A DNA stretch of 64,000 nucleotides from IMG/VR virus record IMGVR_UViG_3300037418_003661; one strand, written 5' to 3'. Positions 9,586-18,148 of this stretch are shown one piece after another. The first letter of the stretch is position 1. Every line of letters begins with the position of its first letter. Position numbers and translations under genes: made by a program. Below the pieces are notes generated by a model that was given only the letters and a program-made list of their open reading frames with translations, was not told the origin of the DNA and made no database searches. The stretch is from an uncultured virus (IMG/VR IMGVR_UViG_3300037418_003661) (lineage: Duplodnaviria; Heunggongvirae; Uroviricota; Caudoviricetes).

Positions 9586-9647
9586 GGGGATCTCCTTTCA
9601 GATCGACATGCCACATGGTGTCGCAAAACCGGGGTAAGAACTGGGCA

Positions 9648-12548
9648 TTACGGCAATGGATCGGCGATTGCTACTGGACGTCCGTTGGGTTCGTACAGTG
9701 CCACGCTCGCCGTGGAGGTGACCGCCGTACGGGCATCCGTACGGGTCTCGCGCACCACGAGGATCAGACGCCGTCCCTGGTAGGACACCAGCATTAGCAT
9801 GACCGTCTCGTGCGCCCCCGCCGTGCTCAAGGCGTCGGACTCCACCAGGAAGCTCGCATCCGCCAGGTCCGACAGGTGGAACACGCTGCCCTGCTGGAGT
9901 GGCACGCTGCCACAACGGTTCTTGGCAAGAGGCAGATCGCTCAGCACCGAGCGAACCGGCGTATGGTTGATCAAGGCGATCGCACGGCTGTCGAGGCTGG
10001 CCGCCCGCACGAACGGAGCGGTTCCCCAGTCGGGTGCCGCATCGGTGCCGCCCGTGCCCTTGGTGTGCGCCACCAGAACCAGGGCCGATACGGCCACCAG
10101 TGCCGCGGAAGGGTCCACCGTCAGTGCAAGCGGGACGTGCGACGAGACCGCCACGTTGACATGGTCGGCCGGAACGAACTCGCGGCCCACCAAGGCGATC
10201 ATCTGGACCTTGGTGCCGTCGGTCAAGGGTGCCGGGAACGTGAGCGTCACGAGCGGACCCGCGATCACCACGATCACCGACAGTGCCAACGACACGGCCA
10301 CGCCATCCAACAGGATCGAGGCGCACACCGCCGAGGCGATCTTGCCCTTGATCATTCCCGGTGCCGCGAGCGTCACGGTGTTCGTGCTGCCCTGTGCCAC
10401 CGTCGAGAGCACGTACGCCTCGGCCAGGTCAGCCACCGAGGAGGCTTCGGCATCCCAGGTACACACCGGCGCGTCGAGCACGACATCCACCTCGAAGTAG
10501 GCGTTGCTCGCCACCGTGGTGCTGCCGCCCAGCACGATCGTGACCGTGCCGTTGCTGTTGCGCTGCGAACTGAAGAGCGCCGTGGTCACGTTGTTGACCC
10601 GCACGTCGATCGGCCACAACACCGTCCGTCCGTACTTCGTCGCGGCGATTGTGTAAGTCGACGTGCCGTTTCCGGGGATCCGCAGGGTCGCTACAGTGCC
10701 CTTGACGGCCGACCCAGGGTTCCACGCGTTGACCGCTTCACCCGTGGCGAGCTGCAACCCCAACGCGGGACCGCTCAACGTCTGGCTCGAACTGGCTGCG
10801 GGCACGGGGTAGATGCGACCCCGAACGTCGGAAGCGCCCAACACGCTGTCGAAGCGTACGGGCACACCACTGTTCGCCGCGTAGCTCACGCCCAGGACCA
10901 GGCGCACATCCGCGTGGGTGGGGGGCACCGCCGGGCGGAACTCCAGGTTGTTGCTCACCACGGCAATGGTGCCCGCGATGGTAGCGCCCGTGGTGCCATC
11001 GTACATGGCCGACTGCCCTGCATCGAAGCTGCCGCCCAGCGTGCTCAACGCGGAGGGCAGGAGCACCGGGTAGAACGAGCCATCCGTCACCTGCATCACC
11101 GGACGCAGTACGGCTTCGGGGCGCACATCCACGTAGTCCAACGTGAGCGACGTCGTGCCGCCATCCACGTAGATACGCAGCTCGAAGCTGGTCACCCACG
11201 AGGGGAGGTTCAAGATGCTCTGCTGGAGTTGGGGCGTGTTGAAGGGGATCGAGGCCAGGTTCGCGATCGTGATGGTCGCCAAGGCGTTGTGCGTGACGGG
11301 GTCGGCCACCACGATCAACAGGTTGGCGCCGTTGGCGCTGTGGACGGTGTAGCCCACCTGCACGGCCAACACATCCGTTGCCACCCCCGTGACCGTGGTC
11401 TTGATGCCGTAGGGGTCGCCCGAAGGACCGCCGGTACGCTGCATGTCTTCGCCGGTCGAGCCGTGCAGGGCGAGCACGCCCGTGGCGCTGCCGCTCGTGT
11501 AGATCGTCCAACCATCGGGCACGCCGTCGGCGTTGGTGTCCACCTCGAAGTGCGAGTGCTTGATCAGGTTCGCCGTGATGGCGGTCTTGTCGGCACCCGC
11601 CCGGTCCGAACGCCGTGTGCAGTAGGGCACCGTGTCCAGCGCCTGCAGCGTGGTCTGCAACACGCCCCCACCCAGCTTGTTGGTGAGCACGTCGACCAGC
11701 GAGCGGCGGAACAAGATGTCGTCGTTGGGACGCAGCGTGGTGCGCTGGCGCAGATCCACCACCGATCGCACCATGTCCACCGCGTCGTTCCACCCACCAT
11801 CCGGCCGCGTCGACGGCACAGTTTGGCTGGCGACGGGCGCCCCGTTCGGGTTGGTCACGGCATCGTACGCGGTCGTGTTGTGACGACGCACCCGCGCGAT
11901 GGGCAGCGCGTAGGTGAAGCGGTACAGCTCGTTGTCCAGCCCCACCTCCGACAGAATGTCATTCTCCAGGCCGTCGCGCAACGCAACCCACAAGCCGGGA
12001 TCGGTCGCCAGATCGAAGGCGGAAGGACGCTGCACGTAGACCGCAGCCGTCGTGTTACCCTGCTCGTCATGTGCGACCACCGTGGGGTCGTCCATGCCAT
12101 CGGGGTAGCTGCTGAAGTTGACGCCCGAAACCACGCGGAAGCGGTACTGCAAGCTGCGCCCGCTGCCCTCTGCACGAATGAACCATGCTTCCAGGAAGAC
12201 CAGGTCATCGCGCGTACCGGTCGTCGGTGGTGCGGGCAAGGTGATCGCCACCTGGTTGCGGGGCAATGGCAGACGGTAGCCGTCCAACAGCACCTCTGCC
12301 CCGTTGGTCGCGTCGAGGTAGAGCGTGTTGGCGACCGGCGGGCTCACCTCCGCACCCCCGCGCAATACCCCCGGCGCGAGCCAACCCGAGGGCGCCTGGA
12401 GCTTGACCAGGCGCGCCACCTCATCCGTCATCGTGCGGTGCACGACCACGGGAACGCCGGGGATCTCGGCGTTCTCGTCACGCACGGGAACTTGGCCGGG
12501 ACCGTTGCCGGTGTCGAGGTAGGAAGCCGGGATCGGGAACGTCGCCAT
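9648..12548 (-). CDS. Large tail/baseplate-associated structural protein with a carbohydrate-binding-module-like insert
   Basis: N-terminal LPAPPTTGTRDDLVFLEAW...RFRVVSGVNF pattern of phage virion proteins; central NLIKHSHFEVDTNADGVPDGWT (CBM4/9-like); beta-rich C-terminus. Confidence 0.65.
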   Translation of the reverse strand: MATFPIPASYLDTGNGPGQVPVRDENAEIPGVPVVVHRTMTDEVARLVKLQAPSGWLAPGVLRGGAEVSPPVANTLYLDATNGAEVLLDGYRLPLPRNQVAITLPAPPTTGTRDDLVFLEAWFIRAEGSGRSLQYRFRVVSGVNFSSYPDGMDDPTVVAHDEQGNTTAAVYVQRPSAFDLATDPGLWVALRDGLENDILSEVGLDNELYRFTYALPIARVRRHNTTAYDAVTNPNGAPVASQTVPSTRPDGGWNDAVDMVRSVVDLRQRTTLRPNDDILFRRSLVDVLTNKLGGGVLQTTLQALDTVPYCTRRSDRAGADKTAITANLIKHSHFEVDTNADGVPDGWTIYTSGSATGVLALHGSTGEDMQRTGGPSGDPYGIKTTVTGVATDVLAVQVGYTVHSANGANLLIVVADPVTHNALATITIANLASIPFNTPQLQQSILNLPSWVTSFELRIYVDGGTTSLTLDYVDVRPEAVLRPVMQVTDGSFYPVLLPSALSTLGGSFDAGQSAMYDGTTGATIAGTIAVVSNNLEFRPAVPPTHADVRLVLGVSYAANSGVPVRFDSVLGASDVRGRIYPVPAASSSQTLSGPALGLQLATGEAVNAWNPGSAVKGTVATLRIPGNGTSTYTIAATKYGRTVLWPIDVRVNNVTTALFSSQRNSNGTVTIVLGGSTTVASNAYFEVDVVLDAPVCTWDAEASSVADLAEAYVLSTVAQGSTNTVTLAAPGMIKGKIASAVCASILLDGVAVSLALSVIVVIAGPLVTLTFPAPLTDGTKVQMIALVGREFVPADHVNVAVSSHVPLALTVDPSAALVAVSALVLVAHTKGTGGTDAAPDWGTAPFVRAASLDSRAIALINHTPVRSVLSDLPLAKNRCGSVPLQQGSVFHLSDLADASFLVESDALSTAGAHETVMLMLVSYQGRRLILVVRETRTDARTAVTSTASVALYEPNGRPVAIADPLP

Positions 12549-12557
12549 GAGGATCTC

Positions 12558-13007
12558 CTAAACCACGGGGTTGTCGTCGCGTGCCAGCTCGTCGGCGACC
12601 TGGTCGGACGCACGCGCCCCCGGCAGACGATGCAAGACGCTGTGGAAGACGTCGAGCCGCAGGAAGTCGATCACGACATCGATCATCGGATTGTGCCAAC
12701 CCAAGGCCACCGAGACGCCCTTGACGTTCTGCAGCACGGAGATGACCTCCTTGAGCAGCAGCAGATAGAAGCACGCGCTGCCCACATGGTCGACCAGGGG
12801 CAACCCGATCCCGCCGAAGAACACCTGCAAGACGGCGAGCACGCTCAGGTAGAGCGACAGCTTCACCAAGACCAGTGGAAGTCGGCGCACGTCGAAGCGC
12901 TTCTCCAGCACAGCCCGCGGCGTCCCCGTCAACCAGTCAAGCAGCAGCACGAGGTACAGCATCTGTGCCTCGGAACTCTGCAAGAAGACGAGAAAGGCGG
13001 CGTACAT
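12558..13007 (-). CDS. Holin (Phage_holin_4_1-like)
   Basis: AGGAG RBS before ATG 13007; LLLDWLTG...RAV, three hydrophobic segments and KEVISVLQNV...GWHNP (E-x-x-S-x-x-E/Q-N motif). Confidence 0.75.
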   Translation of the reverse strand: MYAAFLVFLQSSEAQMLYLVLLLDWLTGTPRAVLEKRFDVRRLPLVLVKLSLYLSVLAVLQVFFGGIGLPLVDHVGSACFYLLLLKEVISVLQNVKGVSVALGWHNPMIDVVIDFLRLDVFHSVLHRLPGARASDQVADELARDDNPVV

Positions 13008-13014
13008 GGGACTC

Positions 13015-13170
13015 CTAGTTGCCGGAGTTGTTGCTGATGATGCCAGGCCCCGGACCACTCGTGACGAGCGGTCGGGGCACGGTGGGTGCGGTAGGGCACA
13101 CGACTTGCGGCGTGCAGCTGACGAACAGCAGGACCGCCGCGACCATGAGCACCGTCGTGATCAGGCGCAT
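13015..13170 (-). CDS. Small Pro-rich lipoprotein, candidate o-spanin (51 aa)
   Basis: Below the ORF-track cutoff. AAGGAGG RBS; MRLITTVLMVAAVLLFVSC|TPQVVCPTAPTVPRPLVTSGPGPGIISNNSGN, a signal peptide with lipobox-like FVSC; directly upstream of the holin. Confidence 0.6.
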   Translation of the reverse strand: MRLITTVLMVAAVLLFVSCTPQVVCPTAPTVPRPLVTSGPGPGIISNNSGN

Positions 13171-13233
13171 CACTTCCTCCTTGGGGATAGTAGGCCCGAT
13201 CGTAGCGAGCGGGGTCGCGTGGGTTCTGGGCGT

Positions 13234-14073
13234 CTACTGGTCGAAGTCGTTGGCGGTGTCCTGGTAGTAGTACTGGTGGGAGGTGGCACTGTCCGTCGGG
13301 TACACACCCAACCCGGCTACCGGGTAGACTTCGGCCAGGTTCAACACCTTGGCGTAGTCGACCGCGGGGATGTTGGTCGTACCCGCTCCGGCACTGACAC
13401 CCAGAACGACCAGGATCTTGGGCTTGGGCAGCGTGATGGCGTTGGGCGCGGGAGGCGCTGGCTTGGTCTTGCTGATCGCATACTCCAGGCGCCCGTACAT
13501 CGCCTCCTTGGGCTCGGCGGTCGGCGTGCTGCCCGCGAAGTAGAAGCCGTCCAGCAGAATGACGTCTTGCCCAGAGCCCGTCCCAATGACCGGATCGGCC
13601 AGCGAGTCATAGCTCTCCAATGCGTCCATTGGCTCGGTCGCGGAGACCATCACTTGCAGAGGCGTGCTCGATGCGAACTGCGCGTAGGTGTAGGTAACCG
13701 CCGCGTTCTGGTTGTCACGCGTGGCCGTGCCCACCCCATCCGAAAAGCCGAACTCGTCGATGAAGAAACCGTCCAGCACGCCTTGGACCGGCAGCGTGTT
13801 CACCCAGTTGTCCGCCTGCACCTTCCACTGGTCGAGGTTGGCCGCGCCGCCCAGCGCGGTGTAGCCAAAGAACTTGGCGTTCTCGTTGATCACCTTGACC
13901 GCGCGGATGACCTCCGCCAGATCGGCAGCGTCTTGCTCCACCTGGGGCGGCTCCACCACGATGAAGTCGTAGCGCGCGAGGATCCCGACCGCCCCCAACA
14001 GGTTGTTGACACCGCCGATCGTGGTGATCGTCGGGCTCGCGTAGCGGATGAAGTTGTTGCGATCGGTTTGCAT
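13234..14073 (-). CDS. TIM-barrel glycoside-hydrolase-like protein (GH114/spherulin-4-like)
   Basis: RYDFIVVEP, INENAKFFGY and LDGFFIDEFG motifs with alternating beta/alpha pattern. Confidence 0.55.
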   Translation of the reverse strand: MQTDRNNFIRYASPTITTIGGVNNLLGAVGILARYDFIVVEPPQVEQDAADLAEVIRAVKVINENAKFFGYTALGGAANLDQWKVQADNWVNTLPVQGVLDGFFIDEFGFSDGVGTATRDNQNAAVTYTYAQFASSTPLQVMVSATEPMDALESYDSLADPVIGTGSGQDVILLDGFYFAGSTPTAEPKEAMYGRLEYAISKTKPAPPAPNAITLPKPKILVVLGVSAGAGTTNIPAVDYAKVLNLAEVYPVAGLGVYPTDSATSHQYYYQDTANDFDQ

Positions 14074-14076
14074 GGC

Positions 14077-14934
14077 TTAGATCCTGTTGTAGCTAGGGGA
14101 CCACGACTGCCAGCTGTAGCCATTCCACCAGTGCCAGCTGTTGTAGCCGTCCATGTAGACCCAGGTGCCGCTGGGTACCTGGAACATGAGGTAGTTGCCG
14201 CCCCAGCTGGACGAACCTGCCTTGATGCCGTAGCTCTTGACCATGGCACAAGCCTCGGGGTACCACTGGAAGAGCAGCTTCCAGTCGGGATGGTTCTTGG
14301 GGTCCTCGAAGCCGGGGATGACGCCGTCCGGTGTGCCGGGACCCGAGGAGCCGCGGGTGTTGCCCGGTGCTTCGGTCGTGCCGCCGAAGAAGCGACCCGC
14401 ATTGGCGAACTGCTCCCACGGACCTTCGTGACGCCCGTCCGGCACCGCCCACGGCGCCTGGTTGGGGTCGTAGGTGGTGTGGTTGGAGCTGATCAGCCTC
14501 TCCCACAGGTGGGCCAGCTCTTCGCAGCCCTGCGACTGGTTGCCGTACAGCCCCATCCAGTTGTGGTACGCGTGGTACCACTCGTGCGAGAGCGCGGCCG
14601 GGAACTTGTAGCCGCCGTAGGTCTGCGGATCGAAGTACTGGATGTCGATGTGCGAGCGGTAGTCGGCGTCGCTGTAGGTCAGCGCCAGCGCGATGTTGGC
14701 GTTCGGGAAGGGCAACCACTTCGAGTAGACGTTGACCGTCACGCGGCGCGTGAACTTGTTCGTCAAGTCCGGTTGGTTGTAGTACTCGTAGGTGTTCGTC
14801 CCCAGCTGGTTGATCCAGGCGGTCCACTGGGCGATGGAACCGCACTGGTTGTCGACTGGACCGTAGTCGGACTCGTAGTACCGGTTGAGCACGAGCCCAT
14901 TCGGGAACGTCGTGGTGATGAACTGCTGGGACAT
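14077..14934 (-). CDS. Zinc metallopeptidase-like protein
   Basis: HEXXH motif LSHEWYHAYH plus downstream WEQFAN (gluzincin-type third ligand); aromatic-rich C-terminus. Confidence 0.65.
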   Translation of the reverse strand: MSQQFITTTFPNGLVLNRYYESDYGPVDNQCGSIAQWTAWINQLGTNTYEYYNQPDLTNKFTRRVTVNVYSKWLPFPNANIALALTYSDADYRSHIDIQYFDPQTYGGYKFPAALSHEWYHAYHNWMGLYGNQSQGCEELAHLWERLISSNHTTYDPNQAPWAVPDGRHEGPWEQFANAGRFFGGTTEAPGNTRGSSGPGTPDGVIPGFEDPKNHPDWKLLFQWYPEACAMVKSYGIKAGSSSWGGNYLMFQVPSGTWVYMDGYNSWHWWNGYSWQSWSPSYNRI

Positions 14935-14946
14935 GATCGACTCCTG

Positions 14947-15855
14947 TTAGGTGACCTGGGTAGGACCATCCACGATGCCCGCACCACCCGCACCACCGGG
15001 ACCACCGTTGCCACCGGAACCCGAGCCCCCAGTACCGCCCGCACCACCGTTGGCGTGAATGTTGCCGGAGCCGTTGTTGGTAAAGCTGGTGGTGTAGCGG
15101 ATCTTGATGGTGCCACCGCCGCCACCACCGCCACCACCGCCGCTGCCCCAGAACGACGTGCCAGAACCAACACCGTTCGCGCCTGCCGCACCGTCGGCCG
15201 TGATCAGACCGTTGGCACCGATCGTGATGGTGACGGCCCAGATGTCGATGATGCCGCCGCCCGCGCCACCCGCACCACCGGCACCAGACGTACCACCGCC
15301 GTTGCCCGATCCGCCGCCACCGCCGCCCGAGCCACCCGCACCCATGCGACCGCCCGTAGACTCGGTGAACGTGCTACCAGCCGTACCGCCAGCACCACCG
15401 CTGCCCGAACCACCGGTTGTGCCGTTGGTGCCCGCCACGTTGTGCGAACCACCGGCACCACCGCCGCCGCCCTGGTTGTTACCCGCGCCGTTGTTGTACA
15501 CACCGGCACCACCGCCCGTGGAGGCCGTGCCCGACGAGGTACCCGCGCCACCCGCGCCACCGGGGTTACCTGTCGAACTGGTGCTGGCACCGGCGGCGCC
15601 ACCAGCCAGCCCCAAACCCAGCACGCTGATGGTGCCGTTCACGATTAGGTTGGTGCAACGGATCTTCAGGAGACCGGCCGCGCTGAGCGTCAGCGTACCA
15701 CCCTTCTCGATGAAGATCTCGTTGTACTGCTTGGTCGAGTCATGGTTGATGCTCTGACCCGCGTACACGTACAGGTCGGGCAACGGCGTGCCCGACTGGG
15801 TCGGGAACACCGTCTGGCTGCCAGGTGCATTAGTCGATCCAGGAATGAACGTCAT
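14947..15855 (-). CDS. Glycine-rich virion/fibre protein
   Basis: Long G-rich runs interleaved with short beta strands (GGIIDIWAVTITI, GGTIKIRY). Confidence 0.7.
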   Translation of the reverse strand: MTFIPGSTNAPGSQTVFPTQSGTPLPDLYVYAGQSINHDSTKQYNEIFIEKGGTLTLSAAGLLKIRCTNLIVNGTISVLGLGLAGGAAGASTSSTGNPGGAGGAGTSSGTASTGGGAGVYNNGAGNNQGGGGGAGGSHNVAGTNGTTGGSGSGGAGGTAGSTFTESTGGRMGAGGSGGGGGGSGNGGGTSGAGGAGGAGGGIIDIWAVTITIGANGLITADGAAGANGVGSGTSFWGSGGGGGGGGGGTIKIRYTTSFTNNGSGNIHANGGAGGTGGSGSGGNGGPGGAGGAGIVDGPTQVT

Positions 15856-15865
15856 GATGATCTCC

Positions 15866-16192
15866 TTAGATCAGGTACCAGGCGCTGACGCCGTCGTACA
15901 TCAACGTGATGGACATGCGGTTAAGGGTCATCAAGAGGCTGGTGTCGCCTTCGATCGTGTCACTGCCGCCCGGCAACACGGTAATGTTATGATTGGTTGC
16001 GTCGTTGTTCGCGTCCTTGATGTAGACGATCGCACCAGCTTGAGGAGCGGTGGGAAGCGTCACGGCGAAGGTGCCCAACACCGCGAGCTTGACCAGCACG
16101 GCTTCCCAGGCAGCAGCCGTGTAGGTACTACCTGTCGTCTTGATGACAGGCGTCAGGAAGTTTTCCAGCTCTCGTGCAGAAATCTTGCCCAC
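15866..16192 (-). CDS. Small tail-fibre module protein
   Basis: VTLPTAP...GAIVYIKDA...NITVLPGGSDTIEG...ITLMYDG..W module, also present in 21745-22062, 23850-25280 and 25281-26447. Confidence 0.7.
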   Translation of the reverse strand: MGKISARELENFLTPVIKTTGSTYTAAAWEAVLVKLAVLGTFAVTLPTAPQAGAIVYIKDANNDATNHNITVLPGGSDTIEGDTSLLMTLNRMSITLMYDGVSAWYLI

Positions 16193-16201
16193 GGTGCTCT
16201 C

Positions 16202-16489
16202 CTAGGTGTAGATCTCAACGAATCCTACGGCGAGAGCTACGGCTGTGATGTAACCCTTGATGTAATCAGGAGTTGCCAGATTGGGATCGGACGGGATGCG
16301 GGAGTTGAAGGTCAGTTCGTACTTGGCACCTGCCGGTCCACTGCAGCTCACGTACTGCGGATGCTCGCGCAGACCATGCATGAAGGCGTCTTCGTCAGCC
16401 AGCAACCAGGTTGGGCGTGGACCCTCGGGATTCGGGGGAAGGTGAAGCGTGTAGACGTTGTCCTCCGCGTCGATCTGCAGGTCGAACAC
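16202..16489 (-). CDS. Hypothetical protein (95 aa)
   Basis: GTG start overlaps the upstream TAG stop (TAGTG). Confidence 0.65.
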   Translation of the reverse strand: MFDLQIDAEDNVYTLHLPPNPEGPRPTWLLADEDAFMHGLREHPQYVSCSGPAGAKYELTFNSRIPSDPNLATPDYIKGYITAVALAVGFVEIYT

Positions 16490-16728
16490 TACTTCGCCTT
16501 CTTGTTGAGCTTGGGTGGGGTAACGGGTTCTGGCTCCACAGGAGCAGGCTTGCTGAACGTTTTGGTCTCGTGGTTGTACACGTCACCCAGCTCTACATCC
16601 GGCTGATCCGTCACTTCGATGGGATCGGGGTAGTCCTCGTGGCTCTCGAAAACCGGCACCAGGTCGTCGAAGCGCTCCAAGAAGCACTTGACCACGTTAT
16701 CCTTGGTAAGTTCGGCATACCTGCGCAT
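16489..16728 (-). CDS. Putative tail-fibre assembly/chaperone protein (79 aa)
   Basis: YAEL...NVV...IEVTD...LGDVYN..TKTFSKP pattern typical of small genes following fibre genes; AAGGAG RBS. Confidence 0.55.
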   Translation of the reverse strand: MRRYAELTKDNVVKCFLERFDDLVPVFESHEDYPDPIEVTDQPDVELGDVYNHETKTFSKPAPVEPEPVTPPKLNKKAK

Positions 16729-16763
16729 AGTGGGGATCTCCTTGAGAATTTAGTGTCGCGCGG

Positions 16764-16788
16764 ACTCGCGCACAAGAAGTGCGCGAGT
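16764..16788. other. Intergenic hairpin
   Basis: ACTCGCGCAC-aagaa-GTGCGCGAGT, a 10-bp perfect stem directly after the stop of 16791-18137. Confidence 0.5.
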
Positions 16789-16790
16789 TG

Positions 16791-18137
16791 TTACGCTTCT
16801 ACCCAGTAAACGACGACGAAGCCAGCACCACCGGGGTTGTTGAAGTTACCGGCACCACAGGCACCACCGCCACCGAAGCCGCCGGAGGCCGAGGCTCCGC
16901 TCCAGGCTCCGGCGGGGCCGCCCGCACCACCACCGAAGCCGGTGGAGTTGGTTCCAGCCGTGCCACCAGTGCCCGATCCACCGGCACCGGTTGCTAGGGT
17001 GTCACCATTGACGCTACCGCCACCCGACGACCCCTGCTGACTGGTGCCGCTCGTACCGATGCCGCCGCCACCGCCACCACCACCCGTACCGGTGCCACCG
17101 ACGGCGCCCGATCCGGCCGTTCCGTTGTTGCCCTTGCCACCACCGCCACCACCGGCGGCGCTGGTTGTGCCGTTCTGCGCACCGTTGCCACCGTTGCCAC
17201 CGCCGCCACCGCCACCGCCGCCACCGCCATACCAGGTGCCCGCGGAGGTCGTACCGCCAGTGCCACCTGGCAGGCTGATCGTGCCCGCCGTGGTCTGGAA
17301 CTGCCAGGCGCTGGCGTTCAGGTTGGTGTCGGTGATGTCGGACCAGGAGCCGTTGGTACCGCCACCGGAGCCGCCCAAGGCACCAGCAGCACTGGTCGGT
17401 GCCAGGCCACCCGCTGCCGAGAGGATCGATCCGAAGCTGGAGGTGCCGCCCGCGCCGGTCGTGCCGCCTGCGCCCACGGTAACGGTGATGGCCGTGTTGC
17501 TCGTGATGCCCGAGGTCACGTCGCCCAGCTTGTACTGGCCACCGCCAGCCGCACCACCGGTCGAACCCAAAGAGACACCGTTGCTACCGCCGCCACCGCC
17601 TGCACACCACGCGTAAGCGAGTAGCACGGCGCGCCAGTTACCTTGAGGAATGGGCCAAGAACCGCTGGCCGTGAATACGGTCTTCTTCAGCTTCGAGTTC
17701 ACCAAAGCCATGGCATTCTTGAGGATCGTGTAGTTGCCACCAATGTCGTTCAACTTGGCCTTGGCATTGGTCGATGTAAGCAGCGCCTTGATTGCCGGAC
17801 CCACGGTGACTGCCTTGTCCATAGCGGTCTGACTTGCAGCAAACGTACCCATCGCTGTAGCATCAGCTGCTAGGGACGTCATGAAAGCAGAGCCCTTCAC
17901 GAACTCATCGAGAGCGGTGGGTTCGGAGATGATGACGCCCAATGCGATTGCCGAAGTCGCCACAGCCGTCGAAGCCGTGGAGCTATCAGCGATCGCACGC
18001 GCCTGAACCCGATTCTCCATCTCCGCGCGGAACGCGGCCAGCTCCGACGCCGTACCCAGGCGCGTTTGCAACTGGGCACCGGTCAGCGAGCCTGCCAGAA
18101 GCAGGTTGACGATCAACGAACCACGAATCGAACCCAT
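16791..18137 (-). CDS. Tail-fibre protein with Ala-rich helical N-terminus and glycine-rich C-terminal domain
   Basis: FTASGSWPIP...AGGGGG...ITVTVGAGG...GGTSSFG...GGAGFVVVYW glycine-rich domain. Confidence 0.75.
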   Translation of the reverse strand: MGSIRGSLIVNLLLAGSLTGAQLQTRLGTASELAAFRAEMENRVQARAIADSSTASTAVATSAIALGVIISEPTALDEFVKGSAFMTSLAADATAMGTFAASQTAMDKAVTVGPAIKALLTSTNAKAKLNDIGGNYTILKNAMALVNSKLKKTVFTASGSWPIPQGNWRAVLLAYAWCAGGGGGSNGVSLGSTGGAAGGGQYKLGDVTSGITSNTAITVTVGAGGTTGAGGTSSFGSILSAAGGLAPTSAAGALGGSGGGTNGSWSDITDTNLNASAWQFQTTAGTISLPGGTGGTTSAGTWYGGGGGGGGGGGNGGNGAQNGTTSAAGGGGGGKGNNGTAGSGAVGGTGTGGGGGGGGIGTSGTSQQGSSGGGSVNGDTLATGAGGSGTGGTAGTNSTGFGGGAGGPAGAWSGASASGGFGGGGACGAGNFNNPGGAGFVVVYWVEA

Positions 18138-18148
18138 GATGTTATCTC

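Noticed and set aside
14947..17620. Poly-proline ORFs on the plus strand (15104-15757, 17044-17616) and apparent GCC/ACC tandem repeats
   Set aside because: Reverse complement of glycine-rich fibre domains; coding low complexity, not independent genes or a repeat array.
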